A stretch of 64,000 bases of DNA, from positions 13,353 through 77,352 of IMG/VR virus record IMGVR_UViG_3300030119_000590, one strand, 5' to 3'. Below the pieces are notes generated by a model, which searched no databases, was not told where the DNA came from, and saw nothing but the letters and a program-made list of their open reading frames with translations. Position numbers and translations under genes: made by a program. Numbering within the stretch: position 1 is the first letter of the stretch; each line of letters begins with the position of its first letter. This DNA comes from a virus. Shown piece after piece: positions 12,001 through 20,222 of this stretch.

Positions 12001-12542
12001 ACTCTAATTGGCCAAACGATGACTTGGCATTAACTGAAACAGAAGATTTGATTCTTATGGATGTTCTTCTTCGTTCCACCGAAAATTCTGTAGGTGAAAA
12101 CGAGTACAATAAAATACTTACGAAACTCGAGTCGTTAGAGGAACGTGGACTACTTGATATTGATGGTGATGGTATGGTTACTGATGTAGATGCCAAATTA
12201 TTAGTAAGATATTTCGTAGGAAGAACTGGAACAGATTTGACTGATGGATTAATAAACACTTTCACAAATGGTGAAATTGCTCAAAGCAGAAATGTTGCAT
12301 ATCAAATATTGGAGTTTTTAGACGAACGGACTGGTAAAAATCGTGGTGTTGAAATACTTCAAGATTTCGTGGATTATCGTGAAAATGATGCAAAGGATCA
12401 ACTTGGAAGTTATTTAGCACCATTTGCAACCACAATCGGTATTTATAGTGGGTTGGAACTTGTTATGGTTGCTAAATTAAGTAGACCCGTGAAGATAGTT
12501 CCTAACTATCCAATTAATTTTTTGGTGAAATATGACACTTAA
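6078..12542 (+). CDS. Giant baseplate/receptor-binding structural protein with FG-GAP beta-propeller blades, six ~100-aa repeats, dockerin/EF-hand-like motifs and a LysM domain
   Basis: FGxxV...VGAP blades; DVNGDxxFDIxD and LDIDGDGxVxDxD Ca-binding motifs; LysM (HTVRPVQSIESIAKFTGVTVDAIYQAN...LYLGQTLIIP); C-terminal TTIGIY...VAKLSRP. Confidence 0.7.
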   Translation: MIKPLKVSDKSVRRFKTHKLWSYDNITSVDDILLEQENLDGPLSLFLDESTVLSPEQTSSSTKLKVTRGKRYEPTDTFYPVGHSLHDQTKELINGDGSYQRVVYNSIKHLFYNEYGVSTSLSSTGTNVKNPLMVFGSETGNYMMNTRAENTIFSTNNNVDYERRSLQDDIIVVQFDSSQMGEKIKPGDFRIRDYSSPYGVLEVVDDGATNLVISTSSFNEIKEVSGSSLTDVKSINSDSPIFNFNDLTFGYKISSAGKYFISGQPVMSDAPTEVNSGRAVLYKLNEETQEFQILREFFNPFTQNGLSTEIQNDNTGFLMTELEGMLINEDYSINDNFGDAVELKHNCCVVGSSQSHIRGVCSELGKTGHIFVYDRDKGGADHWGLVNIIEGEPGTEFGASVSIKGKHMVVGAPGYNNSEGAIYLFEKSVRTESHPWKRISNSFDDYDWDEEQGVYVGKPTGEKLERNNKSVSRYNIKSLVPNADKLTHFYIDSSKFLTNLCTEANLNQYTISVGSSTNDQTNGISASGWKMSGILSASGSDSSESSLPYPVDVYDSSDNLIGNIIYTGKPKVMSLYFSFGEDNLNCISGTIQGNSCRMTGGLLQEQCSEPGFTEYRVSLSESVSDQLNGVTSSTWMKPGILSVSGSDTSTSSEPYAVDVYDSSNSLIGHITYTGKPKSMNLYFRTSDMDASCVYGKIEGNICILPTELVISGTTSGICTEDGYTEYEVSPQEGITDQEAGIISSTWTRLGILSLPSTKDTSQPTPNPVDVLYQDELLGHITFTGTPASDRIYFTEGAICLSGKIIKGECILSEHQPLIGKKISGDLIDYSVSTELGVNDNINGIISSEWLYSGILSLPYADSTNSSTPYFIDVYDIDGLFVGHITYTGLPVSSNIYFTDQEGFVFVGTIVGGKCEFKYLNEPPEQPTLEQLECTEDGFNTYNVSSEQIVDDSEWGVKTSTWAYTGTLSISHADTKYGTQSYTVDVIDQRNIMLGTLTYYGNPSSMNIYFKRDNSLGCESGVIVDNVCKLTPYDIIDKTEFKETPCDSIDAIEIETFDGEYIATEGTVTGFPPHQYEEDDNGNTSPEHSIGNITWDLVEVITVPGSRRLGEQLKLTGDLIYSTSPSSRIKYCNVLKKLPKTTECGVGWKHTHNITKNGIYNFDTDPIGLGDGFERVSADVNDNEVVIKTIFLNSDPKYTSGFVYRVDAPLNESFSSFNNELIVSGGTYVEGSMITLTLSNGMHDVYLGRIDKSGQLVGRQSRINLAINPIPYNLTSRKDLVKFPYDYDFNVDGSFGISLDANEKFLLIGDAYDRKFNDPNNPNAEFVAGAVYAFSVDGGKISFLEKLYADELEEFTYSSEYGRSVSIQGTDFLVGAPSKDASEISVLDGGENIGVKDFRRGTRRISDRTYVSEQLIYTNAECSYVGGDMPDVVVKIPIDTLEVNESLISEFMITADFIKTDKNSLYTLRIPTDYTKHIVSPDKSVTDNVSKITSSTWMTTGVLWLPPAVTNETATPTPIDVYDSQKNFLGHITYTGQLSVNKIYFVENGTPYVGEIENSRCMLTDYTENLGSVTRGVYRDLTKIEDGKVWFYVDVDPDTFTQTDRTWSQDGVEFVYYVDRNAEEGSVFYYRIGESSIDRKAFVKTNKYPYKVRHQFGTAVSLSSDYIYVGSPVMGDFPANELEAFEGSDLGLFEQCSKIYSSYGDIAWGRLSNMDKDVSGKILAYDVASLRDDERVYVGNVFYKNGIAVITNSSDYFKNMFSGSNDTGFEVSYRGTHAIYENEILCSVAPSEFNVSTNPTSVSYDDIDYDVNGDTQFDIKDLAYIYRYMIGSLVDIQIDIEESYTVQKETLETICREFSIPYPSSIDIEKRFKIPVEVSFGMLDIRRVNNGVVGNKLRYDDAITVGESLVLPSGYTHTVRPVQSIESIAKFTGVTVDAIYQANPTASASPLYLGQTLIIPAGGDFTPGIKFEEGNNSNWPNDDLALTETEDLILMDVLLRSTENSVGENEYNKILTKLESLEERGLLDIDGDGMVTDVDAKLLVRYFVGRTGTDLTDGLINTFTNGEIAQSRNVAYQILEFLDERTGKNRGVEILQDFVDYRENDAKDQLGSYLAPFATTIGIYSGLELVMVAKLSRPVKIVPNYPINFLVKYDT

Positions 12543-12592
12543 ACAAAATTACCTTATATTTATTAATAACAAACCTTTAAGGAGAGAAGATT

Positions 12593-13060
12593 ATGGCACA
12601 ACCACAACCTAAGACAGTATTTGAAAACGAAACAAGTAGAGCATCACTCAAAACAAATCTATTAGATAGATTAGAAAAGTACAACTCCGTATATCGTGAG
12701 TCTGCACCTTCACCAACTGGAAAAGGTGCACCAGGTATTCCAAACTCAGGTCTTAAAAACGAGAGAGTTGCAGGTGACTATTTTGGATATGGTGGTCAAG
12801 TTCGTAAGTTTAACGAGGGTTCAACCGGTATTATACAAAATAGAGGATTTGTGTGCGGAAAGCAGTCAATGGGAAAATCAGACTATGAAGGGACTGAGAA
12901 TGGTAAGTCAACCGCTGCTGACAAAAGCATTTATCGTAACTATATGAAAGCAGATAAGTATGGTGATTCATCTGCAATTAGTGGACTTGCCCAAGGGTTG
13001 AGAACCAACACATCAGCAGGTGCCGGTATGAGAAGAGGTGGTGGGGGTGCTTATTCCTAA
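12593..13060 (+). CDS. Hypothetical Gly-rich protein
   Basis: 155-aa ORF with strong SD (AAGGAG) and an upstream ATATTTAT box. Confidence 0.6.
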   Translation: MAQPQPKTVFENETSRASLKTNLLDRLEKYNSVYRESAPSPTGKGAPGIPNSGLKNERVAGDYFGYGGQVRKFNEGSTGIIQNRGFVCGKQSMGKSDYEGTENGKSTAADKSIYRNYMKADKYGDSSAISGLAQGLRTNTSAGAGMRRGGGGAYS

Positions 13061-13074
13061 ACCTTTTTTCTTTC

Positions 13075-13103
13075 TTGCATTTTTTCCGACATTAGCATAA
13101 CAT
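13075..13103 (+). promoter_or_regulatory. Putative sigma70-type promoter for the resolvase-primase-nuclease operon
   Basis: TTGCAT-17nt-TAACAT just upstream of ATG 13112. Confidence 0.45.
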
Positions 13104-13111
13104 AATAAGTT

Positions 13112-13633
13112 ATGCAAAATAAATCCTATTGTTTAGGATTGGATATAAGTTCAACCGTTGTTGGTTATTGTGTATCTAGTTCAAAAAACGAAATTGTTGA
13201 TGCGGGTTATATTGATATTCATAAATTAACAAGCATTAAAGAAAAAGCACATAAAATTGCTCAGTATCTCGACTCAAGATCTATTGATCCTTCAATTATA
13301 ATAGTTGAGGATTCATTGAGTGGATTTGGTGGAGGGAGAACCAGTCAACAAACCATAGTAAAACTTGCAAAGTGTAATGCAGTTATAAGTTATGTTATTG
13401 AAGCATTGTATGAGGTTGATATAAATCACATTAACGTATCTACTTTAAGAAAAGCAGTTTTCGGTAAAAGTCGTGAAAAAGGTGTAGATAGCAAGACGTT
13501 TGTACGTGAACAACTTAAAAATAAGATTGATTTATCCAAGTTTATTGTCTATAATAGTAGAAATAATTATGATAAAAGGAACTACGATATGTTAGACGCA
13601 ACGGTAGCATCGCTTTATCACTGGTATAAGTAA
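13112..13633 (+). CDS. RuvC-like Holliday junction resolvase
   Basis: LGLDISSTVVG (first catalytic D), IIVED, C-terminal DMLDA; RNase H-fold phage resolvase pattern. Confidence 0.8.
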   Translation: MQNKSYCLGLDISSTVVGYCVSSSKNEIVDAGYIDIHKLTSIKEKAHKIAQYLDSRSIDPSIIIVEDSLSGFGGGRTSQQTIVKLAKCNAVISYVIEALYEVDINHINVSTLRKAVFGKSREKGVDSKTFVREQLKNKIDLSKFIVYNSRNNYDKRNYDMLDATVASLYHWYK

Positions 13634-13635
13634 TT

Positions 13636-14562
13636 GTGGGCATTTCTGAGCAAAAGTTACTGACCTTACTTCAGAAGGTCTTGGGTGAAGGTAAAATCGT
13701 CTCTAAAGACGAAGCAATGTTTATATGCCCATTTTCACACCACCGAAAACCAAAATTGGCTGTGAATCTATCTACGCAGAGGTGGCAGAGTTGGATTGAT
13801 ACAAATGCAAAAGGTCGTAGTATCTTTGCGTTATTCAAGAGGTTACAAGTTCCAAGCAATTACTTTGCCGAGTTATCAAAGATTGTAAAACTTCCGAAAA
13901 GCACTAAGTTGGTAGATGCAGAAGAGAAGTATGTGTCATTACCTTATGAGTTTAAAAGATTGACCGAAACTCACAAAGACTTTTCTTACACACAGGCAAT
14001 AAACTATTTGAAGAATCGTGGAATTAAATCGTATGATATTGAACGATACGACATAGGATATTGCTCTGATGGAGATTATTCAGGTAGAATTATAGTTCCA
14101 TCATATGATCAAGATAATAAATTAAATTATTTTATTGCAAGAGATTTCACAGGAAATGCTTATTTAAAATACAAAAATCCACCGGTCAGTAAAGATGTGG
14201 TGGTGTTTGAGAATCAAATAGATTACTCAGAACCTATTGTATTATGCGAAGGAGTATTCGACGCAATTGCTATACGGCGGAATGCAATTGCTCTTTTAGG
14301 TAAAAACATACCAAGTAAATTAAAAATTAAAATGATTGAAAACAAAGTTTCTGAAGTTTATGTGGTTCTTGACGAAGATGCCATTAAAAATGCAGTAGCA
14401 ATTACAGAAACATTGTTGAATGAGGACATCAAAGTGCGATTCGTTAAAATGGGAAACGAAGATGCCGCCGACGTTGGATTTCGAGGAATGGTGGAAAAAC
14501 TTCGGAATACACCCATAATGGGTTTTGACGCATTGATGAAACAAAAGTTATGCATGAGTTAG
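13636..14562 (+). CDS. DNA primase (TOPRIM), degenerate Zn-binding domain
   Basis: YLKNRGI, GRIIVP, KYKNPP, LCEGVFDAI, LDED TOPRIM motifs; GTG start. Confidence 0.85.
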   Translation: MGISEQKLLTLLQKVLGEGKIVSKDEAMFICPFSHHRKPKLAVNLSTQRWQSWIDTNAKGRSIFALFKRLQVPSNYFAELSKIVKLPKSTKLVDAEEKYVSLPYEFKRLTETHKDFSYTQAINYLKNRGIKSYDIERYDIGYCSDGDYSGRIIVPSYDQDNKLNYFIARDFTGNAYLKYKNPPVSKDVVVFENQIDYSEPIVLCEGVFDAIAIRRNAIALLGKNIPSKLKIKMIENKVSEVYVVLDEDAIKNAVAITETLLNEDIKVRFVKMGNEDAADVGFRGMVEKLRNTPIMGFDALMKQKLCMS

Positions 14563-15254
14563 ACACGAAGATAAAAAAGGTTGAAAAAATTTATCATGTA
14601 TCAGATATTCACCTAAGAAACGTAAAACGTCACAAGGAATACCGAAGTGTATTTGAAAACTTTTACAAACAGCTAAAAGAAGATGCACTTGAAAACGCAA
14701 TAATTTTTATTGGTGGGGATGTTGCTCATGCCAAAACAGAAATGAGTCCTGAACTGGTCGCGGAGATTGCAGATTTCTTTAATAAATGTGCAGAGATACA
14801 CCCAACACTATTGATAGCAGGAAATCATGATTGTAATTTAAATAATCCAGATAGATTAGATGTATTGACTCCAATAGTTGATATGCTTGATAATGATAAT
14901 CTGTTTTATTTAAGGGAAACAGGTGTGTATAAAATTGGTGATGTTGCAATTAGTGTGTTTGGTATATTTGAAGACCCAAGTGAATATATTCGTGGAAAAG
15001 ATATAACCGATAAGTCAATATCAACAAAGATTGCAGTATATCATGGCGCAATCAAACGAAGCAGAACAGACGTGGGTTACGTTATCGTTGGTGGTGATGT
15101 GCCTATGTATATGTTTGACGGATACGATATGGTAATGCTTGGGGATATTCACAAGCATCAAATTTTACAAGAATATCATACTGAGGCATTGTTTGTACCT
15201 GAATCAAAAACAGATGAATATGTTCTTGATGGGTGGGAGGTCTGCGATGACTAA
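14550..15254 (+). CDS. Mre11/SbcD-like metallophosphoesterase, N-terminal fragment
   Basis: SDIH, GGDVAH, AGNHD, YHG and LGDIHKHQ motifs. The final YSGS..Q..GE segment is absent here and is found at the start of ORF 16172. Confidence 0.85.
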   Translation: MHELDTKIKKVEKIYHVSDIHLRNVKRHKEYRSVFENFYKQLKEDALENAIIFIGGDVAHAKTEMSPELVAEIADFFNKCAEIHPTLLIAGNHDCNLNNPDRLDVLTPIVDMLDNDNLFYLRETGVYKIGDVAISVFGIFEDPSEYIRGKDITDKSISTKIAVYHGAIKRSRTDVGYVIVGGDVPMYMFDGYDMVMLGDIHKHQILQEYHTEALFVPESKTDEYVLDGWEVCDD

Positions 15255-16182
15255 TATCTTAATAAAGTGCAGAAATATTCACATAGGTGATGTGATTTTT
15301 TCAAGTAGTGTCGCAAAGAAACTGAAAGAAAAGAATCCAAATTGCATTGTTCACTATGACATCAATTATTTGCAACCTATGGAACTTCTTAATAATAACC
15401 CATATATTGATGGAGTTTATTACAAAGAATCGGCAAATATAGATTATGATGTGGTGTATCAATTGATGAACGATGATGTATCTACATTAAGTCCATATGA
15501 ATCTGCGGTTGCTCAATTTCAACGAATGTGTGGAATTGAAGATTACGATGATACCTTCGAAGTTTTTACAAATCCTCAACTTGATTATTCTATAAAAAGA
15601 AGTATGGATGAACTGGTTAGCATAGGTGATTGGGATGATGACTTGGTAAAAATAGGATACCAAGTTGATTGGGATAGAAAAAGTTTTTTGTTCACGGAAG
15701 AAGAATATGAAAGAGCAGAGGATGGTGAAGACGGAACAGGATACGGAAGTGGAAAACGAAATGTATTTGATATAATCAATTGTATGGAAGTTTCTTCAAA
15801 GGTTATGTTGTTCGCACTTGGTCTTGAAGATAAGATTTCAAAGAACTATCCGTGTTTAAATTCAACCAGCAAATTTTCGTTTACCGCAAGTTTAATGAAG
15901 AATTGTGATTATGTTATTGGGGGTGAAGGGTGTCTTACCAATGTATCATCTGCACTGGGAACTAAAACGATAATTACGACTGATTATGTTTATCAAATGT
16001 TTGGTCCAAAAGGAATTCGTTGGCAACAAGAGGGTGGTGATTTAAACAACTTGGAAACTCGCAGACCATTCCTAGGTCCCAATGCGTACTTTCCAAAAGG
16101 AGGCCACATAGAACTAAACCCGTTTTTAACAGACCTCCAAGTTGGAGAAGAAATTTTAAGAATAGCACTTGATGGAAATTAA
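15247..16182 (+). CDS. GT9-like (ADP-heptose:LPS heptosyltransferase family) glycosyltransferase
   Basis: HIGDVIFSSSVAKKLK...ELLNNNPYIDGV and CDYVIGGEGCLTNVSSALGTKTI match the GT9 pattern. Likely start is ATG 15247 with GGGAGG SD (track start 15139). Confidence 0.7.
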   Translation: MTNILIKCRNIHIGDVIFSSSVAKKLKEKNPNCIVHYDINYLQPMELLNNNPYIDGVYYKESANIDYDVVYQLMNDDVSTLSPYESAVAQFQRMCGIEDYDDTFEVFTNPQLDYSIKRSMDELVSIGDWDDDLVKIGYQVDWDRKSFLFTEEEYERAEDGEDGTGYGSGKRNVFDIINCMEVSSKVMLFALGLEDKISKNYPCLNSTSKFSFTASLMKNCDYVIGGEGCLTNVSSALGTKTIITTDYVYQMFGPKGIRWQQEGGDLNNLETRRPFLGPNAYFPKGGHIELNPFLTDLQVGEEILRIALDGN

Positions 16183-18778
16183 AGAAAAATATGTAAAAAT
16201 AAGAAGACTCAATCCTAGTAAACCTGTGGTAGTTTATTCGGGTAGTATGATTCAACAAAATCACGGAGAACTTCCACGTGGTCATGGATATGTATTGTGG
16301 GATGTAAAAGAACGTAAACCAAACCATGTTGAAGTTAATAATGATTATGGTTATTACACAATAACAGTTCGTGACGGAACGTGTGTAAGTGATTTAACTT
16401 TGTTGCCAAAGAAGGCAAGGTTACGAGTAAAGGTTTTTAATACAACTGCCGCCGAGACCAAAGAGATACTTGCAGATATACGAAAGCATACAAGTATCAC
16501 AGACTTGAATGTTACACGATGTGATGCAATATCAGAGGCAAAGAAGTTTGATAGAGACAGTAAGTTTAATTTTGGTGATGTAACTCAAACATCCGTACAG
16601 AATGATTTAATAGAAGATTATCTTACTCGTAATTTTGTTGTAGATGAAGAGCAAATAAAAACTGCTCTTGATATCAATAAAGAGGTCAACGGAAAACTTG
16701 CAATCAAAGAAACTCTTCGTAATTGTATTTGGAAACCCAAGACATTTGAGTTCGGTAATATGTTCAGTTATGGAGACGGAAACATCATTGACTTCTCTAA
16801 AATGAAAAGTGTCATGGGATTGTTTGCCTCAAATGCATCCGGTAAAAGTTCTATTATGAGTGCTTTGAGTTTTTGTTTGTTTGATAAATGTGACAGAGCA
16901 TTTAAGGCATCTCATGTACTTAATACAACTTGCTCTGATTTCAAATGCAAACTGAACTTTGAAATTGAGGGAGTTGATTATTTTATTGAACGGGTTGCAA
17001 CGACTAAAAAGAACGGAGATGTTACGGTATCAGTTGAGTTTTGGAAAGTAGACGAAAATGGAAATACTCTTTCTTTGAATGGAGAAATGCGTTCAGGAAC
17101 CAATGCAATTATCCGTGATCATGTAGGTTCGTATGATGACTTTGTTCTTACTACACTTAGTTTACAGAACAACAATTCCATTTTTATAGATAAAAGTCAA
17201 AGTGAACGAAAAGACCTTCTTGCACAATTCATGGGAATTGATATTTTTGATAGATTGCACTCAACTGCATCTGAAGACATCAAAGAAGTTAACGCATTGC
17301 TCAAACGATTCAACCGAGAGGATTTTAGTGAGATTCTCGCAGACAACCAAAAGAATTTGGACAATAAAGAATCAGAGTATAATGCTCAACAGAAATTAAC
17401 TGAAGGTTTTGTTACAAAACAACGAACTCTGAATGAGAAACTTGTTAAGATAAATTCCGAGTATAAAACGTGTTCAACCGAAGAACAAGATTTGGATTTG
17501 GATGAACTTGAGTTTGAGCAGAAAAATCTACAGGAACGGTTGAATACTGCAAAATCTACAAGAGACAACACTTCCAAGGAAAAGCAACAATTAACATCTA
17601 AACGAAAAGACCGTAAGAACTTGGTTACCACACATGAAAAGAATGAAGTAGAGTCTGAACGAGAACGAGTAGAGGAATTGCAGAAGAAACTCGTAGTGGT
17701 AGACAAAGACCTTGCTGTTTTAAGAACATCTGTAAACGCAAAACTAGATAAGTTAAAGCATTTCAAAGACCATGAATATGATCCTGAGTGTGAGTATTGT
17801 GTGAAGAATGCAAAAAATATTATAGAATCAAAAGACGAAACACGTAAAGCACTAGACAAAGATAAAGGAGAAGCAAACAAGTTGGTGGAACTTAGAAACG
17901 AATATACCGAGAAACTAGGTGATGCGGATAAAATAGAAACTCAATATAGAGAACTTAGGGATGCAAGGAATGACGTTAGACAATTGTCTTCTGAGATAAA
18001 TGAAAAGGATAGTAAGATACTTGCATTGTCTTCTATGATAGAGTCGTTGGAAAAGGATATAAAAATAAATGCCGATAAGATTGTTATGTACCACGAATGT
18101 CGTGATACCATATTGTTCAATAAAGAACTTAAAAAGTCTGCGTCTTTGATCAAAGACGAATTAAAAGTAGTTGATTCTGATGTTGAACGAGAAACTGCTA
18201 AGTCTCAAGTTCTGTTTGGTGAAGTAAAGGTGTTTGAAAAAGAACACGATGATATTCTGAAATCCATTGAAGAGGCAAAGGGATTTGAACGAAAGAAACG
18301 TGGTTATGAATTATACTTGGATGCGGTTAAACGAGATGGTATTCCGTATGAACTGATTTCCCAAACAATTCCGAGTATTGAAAGTGAAGTGAATAATATT
18401 CTATCACAAATCGTTGATTTTACTATGCAACTTGAAATGGATGGAAAGCACATTTACTCTAAGATTGTATACGAAGATAGACATTGGCCACTTGAAATGT
18501 GTAGTGGAATGGAGCGATTCATTAGCAGTATTGCTATGCGAGTTGCACTCATAAACGTATCAAGTCTACCAAGGTCTAATTTCTTGGCGATTGATGAAGG
18601 TTGGGGTTCGTTGGATGGAGACAATATTAATAGTGTATTTAATCTATTTACGTATCTAAAAGGTCAGTTTGAGTTTATTCTTGTAATTAGTCACCTTGAC
18701 ATTATGCGTGATATGGTTGACGAGATTATAGAAATTCAATCTAAAGATGGTTGTAGTCGGATAAAATATGGGGTATAA
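16172..18778 (+). CDS. Mre11 C-terminal part fused to Rad50/SbcC (gp46-like) SMC ATPase
   Basis: N-terminal YSGSMIQQNHGE..HGYVLWD; Walker A NASGKSS; zinc hook CEYC; signature CSGMERF; Walker B IDEGWGSLD; coiled coil. Confidence 0.9.
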   Translation: MEIKEKYVKIRRLNPSKPVVVYSGSMIQQNHGELPRGHGYVLWDVKERKPNHVEVNNDYGYYTITVRDGTCVSDLTLLPKKARLRVKVFNTTAAETKEILADIRKHTSITDLNVTRCDAISEAKKFDRDSKFNFGDVTQTSVQNDLIEDYLTRNFVVDEEQIKTALDINKEVNGKLAIKETLRNCIWKPKTFEFGNMFSYGDGNIIDFSKMKSVMGLFASNASGKSSIMSALSFCLFDKCDRAFKASHVLNTTCSDFKCKLNFEIEGVDYFIERVATTKKNGDVTVSVEFWKVDENGNTLSLNGEMRSGTNAIIRDHVGSYDDFVLTTLSLQNNNSIFIDKSQSERKDLLAQFMGIDIFDRLHSTASEDIKEVNALLKRFNREDFSEILADNQKNLDNKESEYNAQQKLTEGFVTKQRTLNEKLVKINSEYKTCSTEEQDLDLDELEFEQKNLQERLNTAKSTRDNTSKEKQQLTSKRKDRKNLVTTHEKNEVESERERVEELQKKLVVVDKDLAVLRTSVNAKLDKLKHFKDHEYDPECEYCVKNAKNIIESKDETRKALDKDKGEANKLVELRNEYTEKLGDADKIETQYRELRDARNDVRQLSSEINEKDSKILALSSMIESLEKDIKINADKIVMYHECRDTILFNKELKKSASLIKDELKVVDSDVERETAKSQVLFGEVKVFEKEHDDILKSIEEAKGFERKKRGYELYLDAVKRDGIPYELISQTIPSIESEVNNILSQIVDFTMQLEMDGKHIYSKIVYEDRHWPLEMCSGMERFISSIAMRVALINVSSLPRSNFLAIDEGWGSLDGDNINSVFNLFTYLKGQFEFILVISHLDIMRDMVDEIIEIQSKDGCSRIKYGV

Positions 18779-18823
18779 ACATATTTAGATATATATTTAT
18801 TGTATCTAAGGATGTTTGTATCT

Positions 18824-19867
18824 ATGGAAAATTCCGACAAAAAACAAGAACTTGAAGAAACACTAATTCAGGCCGGTCTTCGTAAGGGGTATTTTACTCT
18901 TGTTGAAGGTGTATATGATCCTGGTATTTTAAAGGCAGTATTTCTTGCTGGAGGTCCTGGTTCTGGTAAATCGGCAGTAATAGATACCGTGTTTAATGTT
19001 GCTCCTGAATCAAAGTCTTTGTCATCCTCTGGATTAAAAATCGTGAATAGTGATAGTTCATTTGAACATTTACTCAAGAAAGCAGGTCATAGTTTGGACT
19101 TGGGTTCGTTGGATGACGAGGTGTTTAATCAAATTACAAGCAGTGACCCAAACTCAATTCGTTCCAAAGCAAAGCAAATAATGTTACAACAATTTTCTCA
19201 TTACAAAAACGGAAGACTTGGTGTTATTATTGACGGAACGGGTGATGATTATGCCAAAATATCCAAGCAAAAGAAAGAGTTAGAAAAACTTGGTTATGAT
19301 TGCTATATGGTGTTTGTTAATACTTCACTTGAAGTTGCTCAAGAAAGAAACGCATTTCGTGCAAGAAAACTTCCAAAAAAACTAGTGAAAGCAGTTTGGA
19401 CTGATGTGCAAAAAAACATGGGTAGATTTCAAAGTTCATTCAAACAAAACTTTACCATCATAGATAACTCAGAAGATTTAAGAAGTAAAACGAAACCAGG
19501 AAAACTTGATCTTGCTCCTTTTATATTAAAAGCAACCGCAAAGTTTATTGCAAAACCAATTCGTAATCCAATTGGAAAAGAGTGGATTAAGTTGATGATG
19601 AAGCACGACAATATGTCAAAGAGTGGAGATCTCAAGAGTCGCATGAACGAAGACCTTGATATGGAGTTAATGGAAGATGTAGTGCTTCCAATGGACTTGG
19701 AACGACATTTAAGTCGTTCTATTTATGTAATCAATAAGTTTAATTTAAATGAACGAAGAAATCTTGCAGTCCTTGCTCGTATAGTTGATAGTTTACAATT
19801 AAATAAAAACCAACTCAACAAATACTTCCACCAAATTAGAACTTTAAAATTCAAAGGAGAGCAATAG
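18824..19867 (+). CDS. P-loop kinase (zeta-toxin/AAA_33-like)
   Basis: AVFLAGGPGSGKS, VNSD, IIDGTG, FVNTSLEVAQERN motifs; start uncertain (18800-18824). Confidence 0.75.
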   Translation: MENSDKKQELEETLIQAGLRKGYFTLVEGVYDPGILKAVFLAGGPGSGKSAVIDTVFNVAPESKSLSSSGLKIVNSDSSFEHLLKKAGHSLDLGSLDDEVFNQITSSDPNSIRSKAKQIMLQQFSHYKNGRLGVIIDGTGDDYAKISKQKKELEKLGYDCYMVFVNTSLEVAQERNAFRARKLPKKLVKAVWTDVQKNMGRFQSSFKQNFTIIDNSEDLRSKTKPGKLDLAPFILKATAKFIAKPIRNPIGKEWIKLMMKHDNMSKSGDLKSRMNEDLDMELMEDVVLPMDLERHLSRSIYVINKFNLNERRNLAVLARIVDSLQLNKNQLNKYFHQIRTLKFKGEQ

Positions 19868-20217
19868 TGTTCGACAAAATTATAGATGAGTTGATTGCGG
19901 AAGACAAGTTAGGAGAAACTTGGAAACTTGAAATGGCTCCAAATCATGCACGATATAGTTTTTCGTCATCGAAATCAGGAAATGAAAATTGGGCAAAAAA
20001 GTTGGCAAATAAACTTGTTCAAAAAGAAAAAGAAGATTTTAAATTTATAGGAATTTATAGTGAAGGAGAATCAGCAGAGGGACCAATTGTTGATGGATTT
20101 ATTTTTCATTGCACACAGGAATATCTTGATAAAGCACCACACATGCACCGTGATAAAAGAAAGGCCTGTAAACGACATCTTAAAACTGGTAAAGTAGAAG
20201 AATATTTGGAGGATTGA
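19867..20217 (+). CDS. Hypothetical protein
   Basis: GTG start overlapping the upstream stop, with AGGAG SD. Confidence 0.55.
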   Translation: MFDKIIDELIAEDKLGETWKLEMAPNHARYSFSSSKSGNENWAKKLANKLVQKEKEDFKFIGIYSEGESAEGPIVDGFIFHCTQEYLDKAPHMHRDKRKACKRHLKTGKVEEYLED

Positions 20218-20222
20218 TTAAA

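Noticed and set aside
15180-16260. Split intein or self-splicing intron joining the two Mre11 fragments
   Set aside because: No Cys/Ser-initiated N-intein or HN-C/S/T C-intein end. The gap is entirely filled by a coding gene, leaving no room for group I/II structure. Joining at the CTTGATGG repeat gives an immediate stop.
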